From positions 32,430 to 96,429 of the forward strand of contig JAGOQQ010000004.1 in the NCBI GenBank assembly GCA_017991395.1: a stretch of DNA of 64,000 bases, read 5' to 3'. The notes beneath the pieces are model-generated. The model saw only the letters and a list, made by a program, of their open reading frames with translations. It had not been told where the DNA came from and ran no database searches. This stretch comes from Minisyncoccota bacterium. GTDB taxonomy: Bacteria > Patescibacteriota > Minisyncoccia > Phycocordibacterales > UBA9973. Below, in pieces: positions 47,575-56,905 of this stretch. The translations under genes were made by a program, and so were the position numbers. Position 1 is the stretch's first letter, and each line of letters starts with the position of its first letter.

Positions 47575-48960
47575 ATGAATAAAGAAACCCGTATAAAAAA
47601 TATAGCTGAAATTATTAAGAGAGATAAGGAGCATGGCAGACAGGATATCCCATGGAAAGATAAGCTGGAGCCGATGTCAGTTTATTTAATTCCTTTAGAG
47701 TACCTAGTTTACAATAAATACAATGGGCGTATTTTAAGTAGAACTAAGTCATTAGAAATGCAGGGTTACGAAATTGATGCTGCTTCTAAGGAAGGCAAGG
47801 TTTTAATAGAAAAGCTTCTCATGGATTCAAATCCATCTAGAAATAGACAGACACTTGAAAGCATTAATAAAATTGGGCAGGAAAAAGTTGGTATAATTAC
47901 TCGAGATGGAATCATAATTGATGGTAATAGACGCGCGATGTTATTAAATAAATCAGGTAAATATGATTATTTTAAAACCGTTGTTTTAGATGTTACTTTA
48001 GAAGAAAATCCATTAGAAATTGAGAAACTTGAAACTACTTACCAAATGGGAGAAGATGAAAAATTAGGTTACAAAGCAATAGAGAAATATTTAAAATCAA
48101 AACTACTACACAAAAGAAACATATCTGTTGATAAAATTGCCGATTGGATGGGAGAGGATAATTCTAAAATAAAAGAGTACTTGGACGTTATGAATGTTAT
48201 GGACGAGTACCTAGAATATCTTGGATGCAAGGGAATATATACTCAATTAGATGAGAGAGAGGATCAATTCATAAGTCTTACAAGATGGCTTGATACTTTT
48301 TATGGAGAGAGTAGCTCGAAAGGATTCGATGGATATACAGATAGTGATGTTGATGACCTTAAAATTATATCATTTGATTACATAAGAGCTATCTATGAAG
48401 GTAAGGAATTTCGTAATATTGGGTATGGTTTAAGAGATAATCATTTTTTTGGGGATAGAAAAATTTGGGAAAGTTTTAGAGACTTTCATTTTAAAAAAGT
48501 TGATTTAATAAAAGACAAAGAATCGAAAATTGATTTTAAATCTGATAATCTTGAAGCTTATCTAAAAGACAGAGATTCTAGGTACTATCAAAATACAAAA
48601 AATAATGAAGGCGAAAGTTTTTTAGAAGAAAATATTAGAATTCATAAACAGCAACTTCAGAACAAAAAATCAGCCAACGAACCTTCTAAGCTTGTAAGTA
48701 CGGCAAGTGATGCGTTAAATGCAATCAATCAAAAGAATTCTTCATTTTCAAGTAGTGATGTTTCTAACGGTCTTGAGAGGATAAGCGAAAAGGTTATAAA
48801 CATGATTGCGGTAAATTCTCCCGACAAGATTATATTTCAAGTCGTTAAAATGCTAAAATCAATTCCTTTAGGTAAGGATAGTACTCTTAAAAAGCATATG
48901 TTAGTAAAAATAAAAGAGATTGAAAAGATTGTTGATCTTATTAAAAAAGATATTGAGTAA
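47575..48960 (+). CDS. ParB/Sulfiredoxin-fold (ParB-like nuclease/NTPase) domain protein
   Basis: NPSRNRQTLESINKIGQEKVGIITRDGIIIDGNRRAMLL matches the ParB N-terminal domain pattern, and a long C-terminal extension is present. Confidence 0.6.
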   Translation: MNKETRIKNIAEIIKRDKEHGRQDIPWKDKLEPMSVYLIPLEYLVYNKYNGRILSRTKSLEMQGYEIDAASKEGKVLIEKLLMDSNPSRNRQTLESINKIGQEKVGIITRDGIIIDGNRRAMLLNKSGKYDYFKTVVLDVTLEENPLEIEKLETTYQMGEDEKLGYKAIEKYLKSKLLHKRNISVDKIADWMGEDNSKIKEYLDVMNVMDEYLEYLGCKGIYTQLDEREDQFISLTRWLDTFYGESSSKGFDGYTDSDVDDLKIISFDYIRAIYEGKEFRNIGYGLRDNHFFGDRKIWESFRDFHFKKVDLIKDKESKIDFKSDNLEAYLKDRDSRYYQNTKNNEGESFLEENIRIHKQQLQNKKSANEPSKLVSTASDALNAINQKNSSFSSSDVSNGLERISEKVINMIAVNSPDKIIFQVVKMLKSIPLGKDSTLKKHMLVKIKEIEKIVDLIKKDIE

Positions 48961-48965
48961 AAGGA

Positions 48966-50939
48966 ATGAATAATATTATATATATCGATATAGATAACTC
49001 AACATCTTGTTTCAAATTAACTGGTGATATAATAAATATTACCATAAATACAAGATTAGTTTTTTCACTTAAGAGATTCGGTTATAGTTCCATTGATGAT
49101 TGCATATTAATACCTTTTAACCAGAAAACAAAAATTAAAATATTACAAGACTTAATTTCTTTGCTCGAAAAATTTAATTTTAATGCAAAGCTAACTAACG
49201 AAACAAGTAGTGAAGTATTTAGTTTTGAGCAGGAAAAAAAGTTATTTACTATTTTTTCGAAAAATGCTAAAAATATTCGCAATAATAAATTTGAAGATAA
49301 TCCCGAACTTGTAGAGAATTTTAATAAATTTCAAAGTGTTTTGAAGGAAAAATTGGTACGTCCGCTTTATCCACTGCAATTACTGTCAGCTTTTCATATG
49401 GCTTTTTCACAAAATTCATGTAATTTTGCTGTACCTGGTGCTGGAAAAACTTCAATTGTATATGGAGCGTATGCGTATCTAAATAGCCTGCCTGTAGACG
49501 ACCCAAAGCACGTCAATAAAATACTAGTAATTGGACCTTTGTCATCTTTTTCACCATGGGAAAAAGAGTTCAAAGAATGTTTTGGCAATAAACCATCATC
49601 CCAGAGATTATCTGGTGATAATACAATTTTAAGGTCTCATAAGGAGCAGCATCTTTTTTCTGGTAACCCCGCGGAACTGACACTAATAAATCACGGGGGT
49701 GTTGATAATTTACAATATGAAATTATTTCTTTCTTAAAGAAAAATAAAACTATGGTTGTGGTTGATGAAGCACATAGAATAAAAAATCCTGAAGGTGTTT
49801 GGGGGAAGAGTGTTGTCGAAATATCAAAAGAAGCGCAGGCTAGAGTAGTTTTAACTGGAACACCAGTTCCCAATGGTTATGAAGATTTATTTAATTTATT
49901 TCAATTTCTATATCCATATAAATATAAGGATATATTAAAATTACATTTCTTAAATCTTGTAGATATGACTATGAACTCATCTACTGACAGTGATAGAGTT
50001 AAGGAATTTATAGAAAACATCTCACCATATTTTATTCGAATTAAGAAAAAAGATTTAAAGTTACCTCCAGTTAATGAAATATCAATTAGTGTTACTATGG
50101 ATTTATTACAAAGAGAAATTTATGATTTCGTAGAAAACAAATATATCAAACAGTTTAAAAATAATAGTTCTGCTGCTGTTAAAGATTTATTAAACAAGGC
50201 TAAATTAATACGTTTAAGACAGGCTTCTACGAATCCATCTCTTCTTCTTAAGCCAATCTCAGAAAATCTAGATCCAGATGATTATGGGCAAGGAATTGAT
50301 TTTAATAAAGATATGCCAGACGAGTTTCAAGATGATTCACATATTATTTCTAAAATAATGAAGTACGCAAATAATGAAACCCCTATGAAATTTATTGCGA
50401 TTAAAAAATTGCTAGAAGAAAAAATTTTTGTTGGTAACGGTAAAGTTATTATTTGGACTATTTTCATTCAAAATGCCAAAGAGCTTCAAAATTTTCTTTT
50501 GAAGAGTAATATAAAATCTAAATTATTAATAGGCGAAATCGTACAAAGCGACCGTGAGGTTATTATCGATATGTTTAATAATCCTCTGAATACAGAATTT
50601 CAGGTTATTATAGCTAATCCATTTTCTGTATCTGAATCAATCTCCCTTCATAAAGGTTGTCATAATGCTATTTACATGGAACGCGATTATAATTGTTCTA
50701 ATTTTTTACAATCTAAAGATAGAATACACCGATATGGTTTATCTCAGAATCAAGAAACTAATTATTATTATTTAATATCTTCTGATTCTATTGATGAAAT
50801 TATTAACGAAAAACTAGATTTAAAAGTTAAAAGAATGGAAAAAATAATTGATGATGATATCCCACTTTTTTCGCGTATAAACGATTCTGATGAGACTGAC
50901 CTAATTAAAGCTTTGTTAGAAAGTTATTCTAAAAATTAA
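48966..50939 (+). CDS. SNF2-like SF2 helicase
   Basis: Walker A FAVPGAGKTS, motif II VVVDEAHRIKN, motif III LTGTPVPN. C-terminal helicase lobe present. Confidence 0.8.
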   Translation: MNNIIYIDIDNSTSCFKLTGDIINITINTRLVFSLKRFGYSSIDDCILIPFNQKTKIKILQDLISLLEKFNFNAKLTNETSSEVFSFEQEKKLFTIFSKNAKNIRNNKFEDNPELVENFNKFQSVLKEKLVRPLYPLQLLSAFHMAFSQNSCNFAVPGAGKTSIVYGAYAYLNSLPVDDPKHVNKILVIGPLSSFSPWEKEFKECFGNKPSSQRLSGDNTILRSHKEQHLFSGNPAELTLINHGGVDNLQYEIISFLKKNKTMVVVDEAHRIKNPEGVWGKSVVEISKEAQARVVLTGTPVPNGYEDLFNLFQFLYPYKYKDILKLHFLNLVDMTMNSSTDSDRVKEFIENISPYFIRIKKKDLKLPPVNEISISVTMDLLQREIYDFVENKYIKQFKNNSSAAVKDLLNKAKLIRLRQASTNPSLLLKPISENLDPDDYGQGIDFNKDMPDEFQDDSHIISKIMKYANNETPMKFIAIKKLLEEKIFVGNGKVIIWTIFIQNAKELQNFLLKSNIKSKLLIGEIVQSDREVIIDMFNNPLNTEFQVIIANPFSVSESISLHKGCHNAIYMERDYNCSNFLQSKDRIHRYGLSQNQETNYYYLISSDSIDEIINEKLDLKVKRMEKIIDDDIPLFSRINDSDETDLIKALLESYSKN

Positions 50940-50942
50940 TTC

Positions 50943-52337
50943 ATGAAAGCATACCAAACAAAAATAGAAGTTTTAGAACAATCAAGAATTATACTAGATA
51001 AATCTTTGCGTGAAGTAATACCATCTAATGAAATAGAAGAAATTGAGAGAAAAATTTACGAATATAAAAACAAAAGAAAAGGATATTTAGGAGAATTAAT
51101 TGAATGGTATGTGTTTGATAAAAAACCAGACGGCTTAAGTCAGGCTGATTTTAATGTTGCTGGAGTAGAGTTAAAAGCCACACCTCTTAAAAAACACGCA
51201 AAAAGCATTTATTCGTCTAAAGAAAGATTGGTTTTTTCAATGATTAATTATGATGAGATTGTAAACGAGGAATGGAATTCAAGCTCATTTCTTAAAAAGA
51301 ATAAAGTCGTACTTCTGATGTTTTATCTTTGGATACAAAGTCAAAGTATTATAGATTATGAATTTAAGTTTGTTCATTTGCTTGATTTGCTCAACGATTT
51401 GTCTGAGGAAGATGTTTTTCAGATTCAGAAAGATTGGGAATATATAGTAGCAAAAATTAGAAGAGGAGAAGCGCATTTACTTTCAGAAGGAGATACCTAT
51501 TACCTTGGCGCTTGTACTAAGGCCGCGAATAGTCAGGTGGTACGAGATCAACCAATGAGTCGTAGACCAGCAAAACCAAGAGCTTTTTCTTTTAAACAGC
51601 AGTATATAAATTATTTAATTCAGACAAAACTTCTTGGAAAGAAAGCGAGTACAGATTCGATTTTTAATAAACAAAGAAGACTAGAAACAATAGAAGATGT
51701 GGTTAAGGAAAAGTTTGCGCCTTTTATCGGAAAAACAGATAGAGAGATACTTTTTAAGTTAAACTCGGATTTAGGGAAGAAATCAAAGAGTTACAAAAGA
51801 CTTATAGTTAATCGTATTCTTGGTGTTAAATCAAGTCACATTGAAGAATTAGAAAAAGCAAACATAACACTTAAAGTTATTACATTAGAGTACACAGGAA
51901 ATTTAAAAGAATCTATTTCATTTCCAGCTTTTGACTATAAAGATTTGTTAAATGATTTATGGTATGACGAAGAAGAAGAGATAATGACAGATTTTCATTT
52001 GCAACTTGAAACAAAAAAGTTTTTATTCGCGGTCTTCCAAAAACAAAAAGATAATGATGATATTGTTTTAAAGAAAACAATGTTTTGGAATTTCCCCATG
52101 AAAGATATAGGTGAAGCTGAAAAAGTTTGGCAAAAAACTGTTGATTGTATAAAAGAAGGGAATTATGATGAGTTGCCCAAAATTAAGGATAGCTTTGTTG
52201 CTCATGTTCGCCCACACGGAAAAGACTCAACAGATACAATAGAGACCCCTCAAAAAACCCAGGAAATGAAACGCTGTTTTTGGATTAACGCTAAATATAT
52301 ACAGCATGCCATAGAAAACGATAAAGATCAAGATTGA
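50943..52337 (+). CDS. Sau3AI/MutH-family restriction endonuclease (probable GATC specificity)
   Basis: KGYLGELIEWYVF and DFNVAGVELKATP align to the MutH catalytic segments KGWIGVLLEIWLG and DFAALGVELKTIP. Two-domain size as in Sau3AI. Confidence 0.7.
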   Translation: MKAYQTKIEVLEQSRIILDKSLREVIPSNEIEEIERKIYEYKNKRKGYLGELIEWYVFDKKPDGLSQADFNVAGVELKATPLKKHAKSIYSSKERLVFSMINYDEIVNEEWNSSSFLKKNKVVLLMFYLWIQSQSIIDYEFKFVHLLDLLNDLSEEDVFQIQKDWEYIVAKIRRGEAHLLSEGDTYYLGACTKAANSQVVRDQPMSRRPAKPRAFSFKQQYINYLIQTKLLGKKASTDSIFNKQRRLETIEDVVKEKFAPFIGKTDREILFKLNSDLGKKSKSYKRLIVNRILGVKSSHIEELEKANITLKVITLEYTGNLKESISFPAFDYKDLLNDLWYDEEEEIMTDFHLQLETKKFLFAVFQKQKDNDDIVLKKTMFWNFPMKDIGEAEKVWQKTVDCIKEGNYDELPKIKDSFVAHVRPHGKDSTDTIETPQKTQEMKRCFWINAKYIQHAIENDKDQD

Positions 52338-52368
52338 TCAATTACATTGAATCTGATAGAATCTTAAT

Positions 52369-53640
52369 ATGAAAAAGATTAAGGTCGTTGAACTATTTGC
52401 AGGAGTTGGTGGTTTTCGTATTGGACTCGATAGGGCTAGTAAAAAGGACATGCAATTTGAAACTGTATGGAGTAGTCAATGGGAGCCTGGGGCAATTACT
52501 CAACATGCTTCCGAAATCTACAAAGCACGATTTGGAACTGAGAATCATTCCTGTGAAGACATCCAAGAAGTTATTGAGAAGAATTTTAAAGAAATTCCAA
52601 ATCATGATTTACTAGTTGGTGGTTTTCCATGTCAGGATTATTCAGTTGCAAGGACTGCAAATCAGGCAAAGGGTATTTTCGGAAAAAAGGGTGTATTGTG
52701 GTGGTCAATTCACAAAATTTTAGAAAAGAAGGGAAAAGATTCTCCTAATTTTTTAATGCTTGAAAATGTTGATCGATTATTAAAGTCTCCATCTGCACAA
52801 AGAGGACGGGATTTTGCTGTTATGCTTGCATCACTTTCGGATTTGGGATATGCGGTTGAATGGAGAGTTGTAAATGCTGCTGATTATGGATTTCCTCAAC
52901 GAAGGAGACGGGTATTTATATTGGGCTACAAGAAAGGAAGCAAAATTTATAATGAAATTAAAATTGAAAACGACAAAAAAAATTGGATTTTCAAGAAGGG
53001 GGTATTAGTAAAAGCTTTTCCTCTTACTAAAGAAATAGGCATACTTAAAGACTTTGACCTAAAAGGAGAGCTCCAAGAAATATCAGTAGAATTTTCTAAA
53101 TCAGGACCTTCAAAAAGCCCCTTTGAGGTTTCAGGAATAATGTTCGATAGACATGTATATACAGTGAAAACAACCCCCGAACACCATGACAAAAAAGTTG
53201 TACTAAATGATTTAATCATATCCAGCGAAAAAGAAATACCACGAGAATATTATATAGATCCCGGAGATTTAAAACGTTGGCACTATCTTAAAGGAGGGAA
53301 GAAAGAGGGGCGTAAATCAAAGGATGGTTTTGAGTATGAATATGCAGAAGGACCAATGGTGTTTCCAGATCCTCTAGATAAGCCCTCACGTACAATTGTT
53401 ACAGGAGAAGGTGGAACTTCTCCCTCGCGTTTTAAGCATGTCATAAAAACAAAATCTGGGAAACTTCGAAGGTTAACACCCGTTGAACTTGAACGCTTAA
53501 ATATGTTTCCTGATAATCACACAAAGTTTATGCATAATGGTAAAATTACACCAGACAACAAAAGAGCTTTCATAATGGGTAACGCTTTAGTGGTTGGTGT
53601 GATTGAGCGTATAGGCAAGGCATTATTAAAGCAAATCTAA
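52369..53640 (+). CDS. DNA (cytosine-5)-methyltransferase
   Basis: Motif I ELFAGVGGF, motif IV GGFPCQDYS, motif VI LMLENV, motif VIII FPQRRRRVFILG. Confidence 0.9.
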   Translation: MKKIKVVELFAGVGGFRIGLDRASKKDMQFETVWSSQWEPGAITQHASEIYKARFGTENHSCEDIQEVIEKNFKEIPNHDLLVGGFPCQDYSVARTANQAKGIFGKKGVLWWSIHKILEKKGKDSPNFLMLENVDRLLKSPSAQRGRDFAVMLASLSDLGYAVEWRVVNAADYGFPQRRRRVFILGYKKGSKIYNEIKIENDKKNWIFKKGVLVKAFPLTKEIGILKDFDLKGELQEISVEFSKSGPSKSPFEVSGIMFDRHVYTVKTTPEHHDKKVVLNDLIISSEKEIPREYYIDPGDLKRWHYLKGGKKEGRKSKDGFEYEYAEGPMVFPDPLDKPSRTIVTGEGGTSPSRFKHVIKTKSGKLRRLTPVELERLNMFPDNHTKFMHNGKITPDNKRAFIMGNALVVGVIERIGKALLKQI

Positions 53641-53692
53641 TTGGAAAATAAACAGCTAATTAACATCGCTCAACTAACATCTCATCCATCCC

Positions 53693-53739
53693 ATTTCCAT
53701 GTATAATAAAACCATATCAGTTAATATTTTTATATGGAT
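53693..53739 (+). promoter_or_regulatory. 45-bp direct repeat, copy 1; extended -10 promoter (TGTATAAT) plus 5' UTR
   Basis: atttccatgtataataaaaccatatcagttaatatttttatATGga is identical to 54283-54327 apart from one extra T. Confidence 0.55.
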
Positions 53740-54237
53740 TCAAAAGAATATTACTATAAAAGATTTCGAGAACAGTTTGACGAATGGGTAAAAAAGACTC
53801 AAGCACACGAGCATCAAGGAGAGGGTATTTATATTTCTATTCAGAATTTAAAGCCCGAATATTTATCTCATATTTCAAAAGAAGATTACATGTTATTTCA
53901 TTGCGCATTAGCATGTACAGTGTTAATTGATCAAGTTATGTATACTCATTTCAAGCAAGATTATTTGAAATTCCAACAAATGACACTATATCCCAAAATT
54001 GAATATGGCATCACTAATATAAATGTTAATCCATGGGTAATTACACATAGCGGAATAGGTTTAACTACACTAGAGCATTTTTTAGAGTTTTTTGTTTCTG
54101 ATTTGAAAGAGTTTTACAATAAGTGCAAATTTGAGGTTGCAAATTGGGACAACTTAAAAGATTCCATACTAAATGATAAAGATTGTATTAGTGGATCTCA
54201 TGGAGAAATCTTGAAGACTATTTTATCAAAATACTAA
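53734..54237 (+). CDS. Hypothetical protein
   Basis: ORF flanked by the two direct-repeat promoter copies. Confidence 0.4.
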   Translation: MDSKEYYYKRFREQFDEWVKKTQAHEHQGEGIYISIQNLKPEYLSHISKEDYMLFHCALACTVLIDQVMYTHFKQDYLKFQQMTLYPKIEYGITNINVNPWVITHSGIGLTTLEHFLEFFVSDLKEFYNKCKFEVANWDNLKDSILNDKDCISGSHGEILKTILSKY

Positions 54238-54282
54238 AGCTAAAAATAAAATAAAATGGGAATCCTCATCTCGTATCTTAAT

Positions 54283-54327
54283 TTCCATGTATAATAAAAC
54301 CATATCAGTTAATATTTTTTTATGGAA
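54283..54327 (+). promoter_or_regulatory. 45-bp direct repeat, copy 2 (promoter plus 5' UTR of the DoxX gene)
   Basis: atttccatgtataataaaaccatatcagttaatatttttttATGga. Confidence 0.55.
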
Positions 54328-54687
54328 ACACTTCTCATTGTTTTGCAACTTGTAGCGGGGCTTGGAATTTATAATGTGTGGCTTCTTCGTCCTCAAATGG
54401 CAACAGAATATCGCGGAAAAGGAGCACGTACTCTCAAAGATGAATTTCGCGCGTATGGACTGCCGGATGGAGCACTTTATGTTGTGGGAACTATCAAACT
54501 CGTATCTGCTACCGCACTTTTGGCTGGAATATGGTACCCATCATTCATCATTCCTTCTGCTGCTGTTTTGACGATTATGATGATCGGCGCAATTTCTATG
54601 CATGTCAAAATAAATGATCCGATAGAGAGATCTCTTCCGGCATTCATTATGCTCTCAGCTGTGCTCGGAATTTTGTATTTAGTTTAA
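54322..54687 (+). CDS. DoxX-family small membrane protein
   Basis: Four transmembrane helices; DoxX-like LQLVAGLGIYNVWLL...VVGTIKLVSATALLAG. Confidence 0.55.
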   Translation: METLLIVLQLVAGLGIYNVWLLRPQMATEYRGKGARTLKDEFRAYGLPDGALYVVGTIKLVSATALLAGIWYPSFIIPSAAVLTIMMIGAISMHVKINDPIERSLPAFIMLSAVLGILYLV

Positions 54688-54760
54688 ACACATCAAATAC
54701 AATCGTCCTTAATCCAGAGGAGGGGGGTTTTCTTAAAGAACTATTGATTGCCATAATTTT

Positions 54761-55489
54761 TTGTATAACATACATGATATTATTTTAAGTATGAATGATG
54801 ATGAACTAAAAATTTCTGAACAAGCTTTTTTGTGGGTTAAAAATAATGAGAAATACATTATTGAAAAATTTACAAGTGGAGTAGAGTATGTTCCAGATAT
54901 TCAACCAACAACACTTTTCATGGCTGGCTCACCAGGTGCAGGAAAAACAGAAATCTCTAAGCGATTTATGGAAAGGTGGAAACAAAAACCAATACGAATT
55001 GATGCTGATGAAATCAGAGTTTTGTGTCCTGGCTATTCAGGAGTGAATGCACATCTTTTTCAAAAAGCTGCAAATAAAGGTGTAAATATTTTGTACGATT
55101 ATGCACTTGGGAAAGATTTAAATATTATTCTTGATGGTACTTTTGCATACGGAGGAGCGGAGGTGAATATTCAACGATCTATTAAGCACAAGCGAAAAGT
55201 TGAAATATTCTTTGTATACCAAAATCCACTACAAGCTTGGGAGTTTACTAAAAAGCGTGAAATAGAAGAATCAAGAAGGGTTTCGAAAGATATATTTATT
55301 AATGCATATTTAAAATCCCAAGAGAATGTCAATCAAGCAAAGATAAATTTTAATACTCAAATTGAGTTACATCTGATTATTAAAGATTTTGAAAAGGACT
55401 TGGAACAAATTGAATTTAACATACAATCAGTTGACCCATACCTTAAAAAAGAGTACACTGAGGAAACATTGAGGGAAATACTTATATGA
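54761..55489 (+). CDS. Zeta-toxin-like P-loop kinase
   Basis: Walker A FMAGSPGAGKTEISKRF and a zeta/AAA-kinase-like core, about 240 aa. Confidence 0.55.
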   Translation: MYNIHDIILSMNDDELKISEQAFLWVKNNEKYIIEKFTSGVEYVPDIQPTTLFMAGSPGAGKTEISKRFMERWKQKPIRIDADEIRVLCPGYSGVNAHLFQKAANKGVNILYDYALGKDLNIILDGTFAYGGAEVNIQRSIKHKRKVEIFFVYQNPLQAWEFTKKREIEESRRVSKDIFINAYLKSQENVNQAKINFNTQIELHLIIKDFEKDLEQIEFNIQSVDPYLKKEYTEETLREILI

Positions 55490-55671
55490 TACAAAAGATT
55501 AAAAAATTTATTGGTTTGTCTGAGGGTAAAAAGCCGACAACTGACTTTTCTGCCTTTTTTCACAATGCGACTTCTTCGGAAAAAAAGAAACTGCTTGAGC
55601 AAGTAGTCAGGGAAGCAAATAAAGACCAAAGAGACTTAGTTGAAAAGTACAACAGAACAAAAACCGCATAA
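55486..55671 (+). CDS. Small basic protein overlapping the kinase stop (ATGA)
   Basis: 61-aa ORF; terminator aaaaccgcataatgcggttttt at 55658-55688. Confidence 0.3.
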   Translation: MIQKIKKFIGLSEGKKPTTDFSAFFHNATSSEKKKLLEQVVREANKDQRDLVEKYNRTKTA

Positions 55672-55812
55672 TGCGGTTTTTGTTTATGTGATTTTTGGTA
55701 TCAAATGCTCGCCCTACATACCCAGAAAATGAATCCGAAATAACCAATGAAAAGTAAAACCACACAGTCTTTTTCTGTACACAATTTCTCATACACCATC
55801 CGTCGGACAAAG

Positions 55813-56322
55813 ATGTCGAAGCGGATCAAGCTCAGTGTACATAACGATGGGCGATGTGTCGTGAGCGCGCCGAGATATGTTCCGCAATATCTCATCAAGC
55901 AATTCGTCATTTCAAAATCAGATTGGATTATGGAGCGTTTGGATAAAATCGAGAAGGCAAAAGCAAGTAGACCAAAACCTCCCACAAAAGCCGAGATTGA
56001 AAATTTGAAGAAAACTGCACTCGCACTCATCAAAGCAAGACTTGAGTATTTCAACATATCATATGGATACGAGTGGAAAGATATTCGTATCAAAAATCAA
56101 AAGACACGATGGGGAAGCTGTTCAAAAAGAGGCAGCCTCAATTTTAATTACAAAATCGCACTTCTACCACCACACATGGCGGACTATATTATCGTGCATG
56201 AGCTTTGTCATCTGGGAGAATTCAATCATTCAAGAAATTTTTGGAAGTTGGTTGAAAAAACTATTCCAGACTACAAAGCAATTCGTGACGCACTCAAAAA
56301 AGAAGGGATTCAATTTGGCTAG
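55813..56322 (+). CDS. YgjP/DUF45-family metal-dependent hydrolase
   Basis: TRWGSCS..GSLNFNYKIALLPPHMADYIIVHELCHLGEFNHS (HExxH). Start moved to the internal MSKRIK. Confidence 0.7.
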   Translation: MSKRIKLSVHNDGRCVVSAPRYVPQYLIKQFVISKSDWIMERLDKIEKAKASRPKPPTKAEIENLKKTALALIKARLEYFNISYGYEWKDIRIKNQKTRWGSCSKRGSLNFNYKIALLPPHMADYIIVHELCHLGEFNHSRNFWKLVEKTIPDYKAIRDALKKEGIQFG

Positions 56323-56358
56323 AATATTTGAATCTTTCGACTGTGATACACTTGTACT

Positions 56359-56883
56359 ATGAACAAGAAAAATATCATTCCATTTATTTTTGCAATTGGC
56401 GCCATGGTGGCATTTTTGATTATCACAAACAAAAGCGCTCCCAAAAATCCTGAACAAAATGTGATTGAAAATCCGACACCAGTACAAGTAGCCAAAATTC
56501 CTGATGGGAAGTATTGCTATCAATATTCTCAAAAAGCGACTTTCGAAGCTCCATATGCCGTGGAGGAGTATGTGCAACTTTCGATCACTCAAGGAGTAGT
56601 TTCTGGTCTAAAAATCGGCTCACAATCCGGTCCAGATCTTTCTGGAGGATATGACGGGACTATCTCTGGCACTATTGGAGATGACAACAATATAGTGGCA
56701 ATATTTGCACACACAGTGGAGGGCTCAAAAGGACAGGAACAAGAAGAATACACTATTTCTCCCGAATTACTCGTCAAACATCGATATACACTCAAAGAAG
56801 ACGGTCCTTTGCTCGTACCAAACAAAGATACGTTTTTACGAGATATGATGTATCCAAAAGTGGAGTGCAGGGAAGCACTTTAG
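56359..56883 (+). CDS. Hypothetical exported protein
   Basis: N-terminal signal/anchor IIPFIFAIGAMVAFLII. Confidence 0.4.
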   Translation: MNKKNIIPFIFAIGAMVAFLIITNKSAPKNPEQNVIENPTPVQVAKIPDGKYCYQYSQKATFEAPYAVEEYVQLSITQGVVSGLKIGSQSGPDLSGGYDGTISGTIGDDNNIVAIFAHTVEGSKGQEQEEYTISPELLVKHRYTLKEDGPLLVPNKDTFLRDMMYPKVECREAL

Positions 56884-56905
56884 TATGTGTGTTAGAATAT
56901 AAAAT

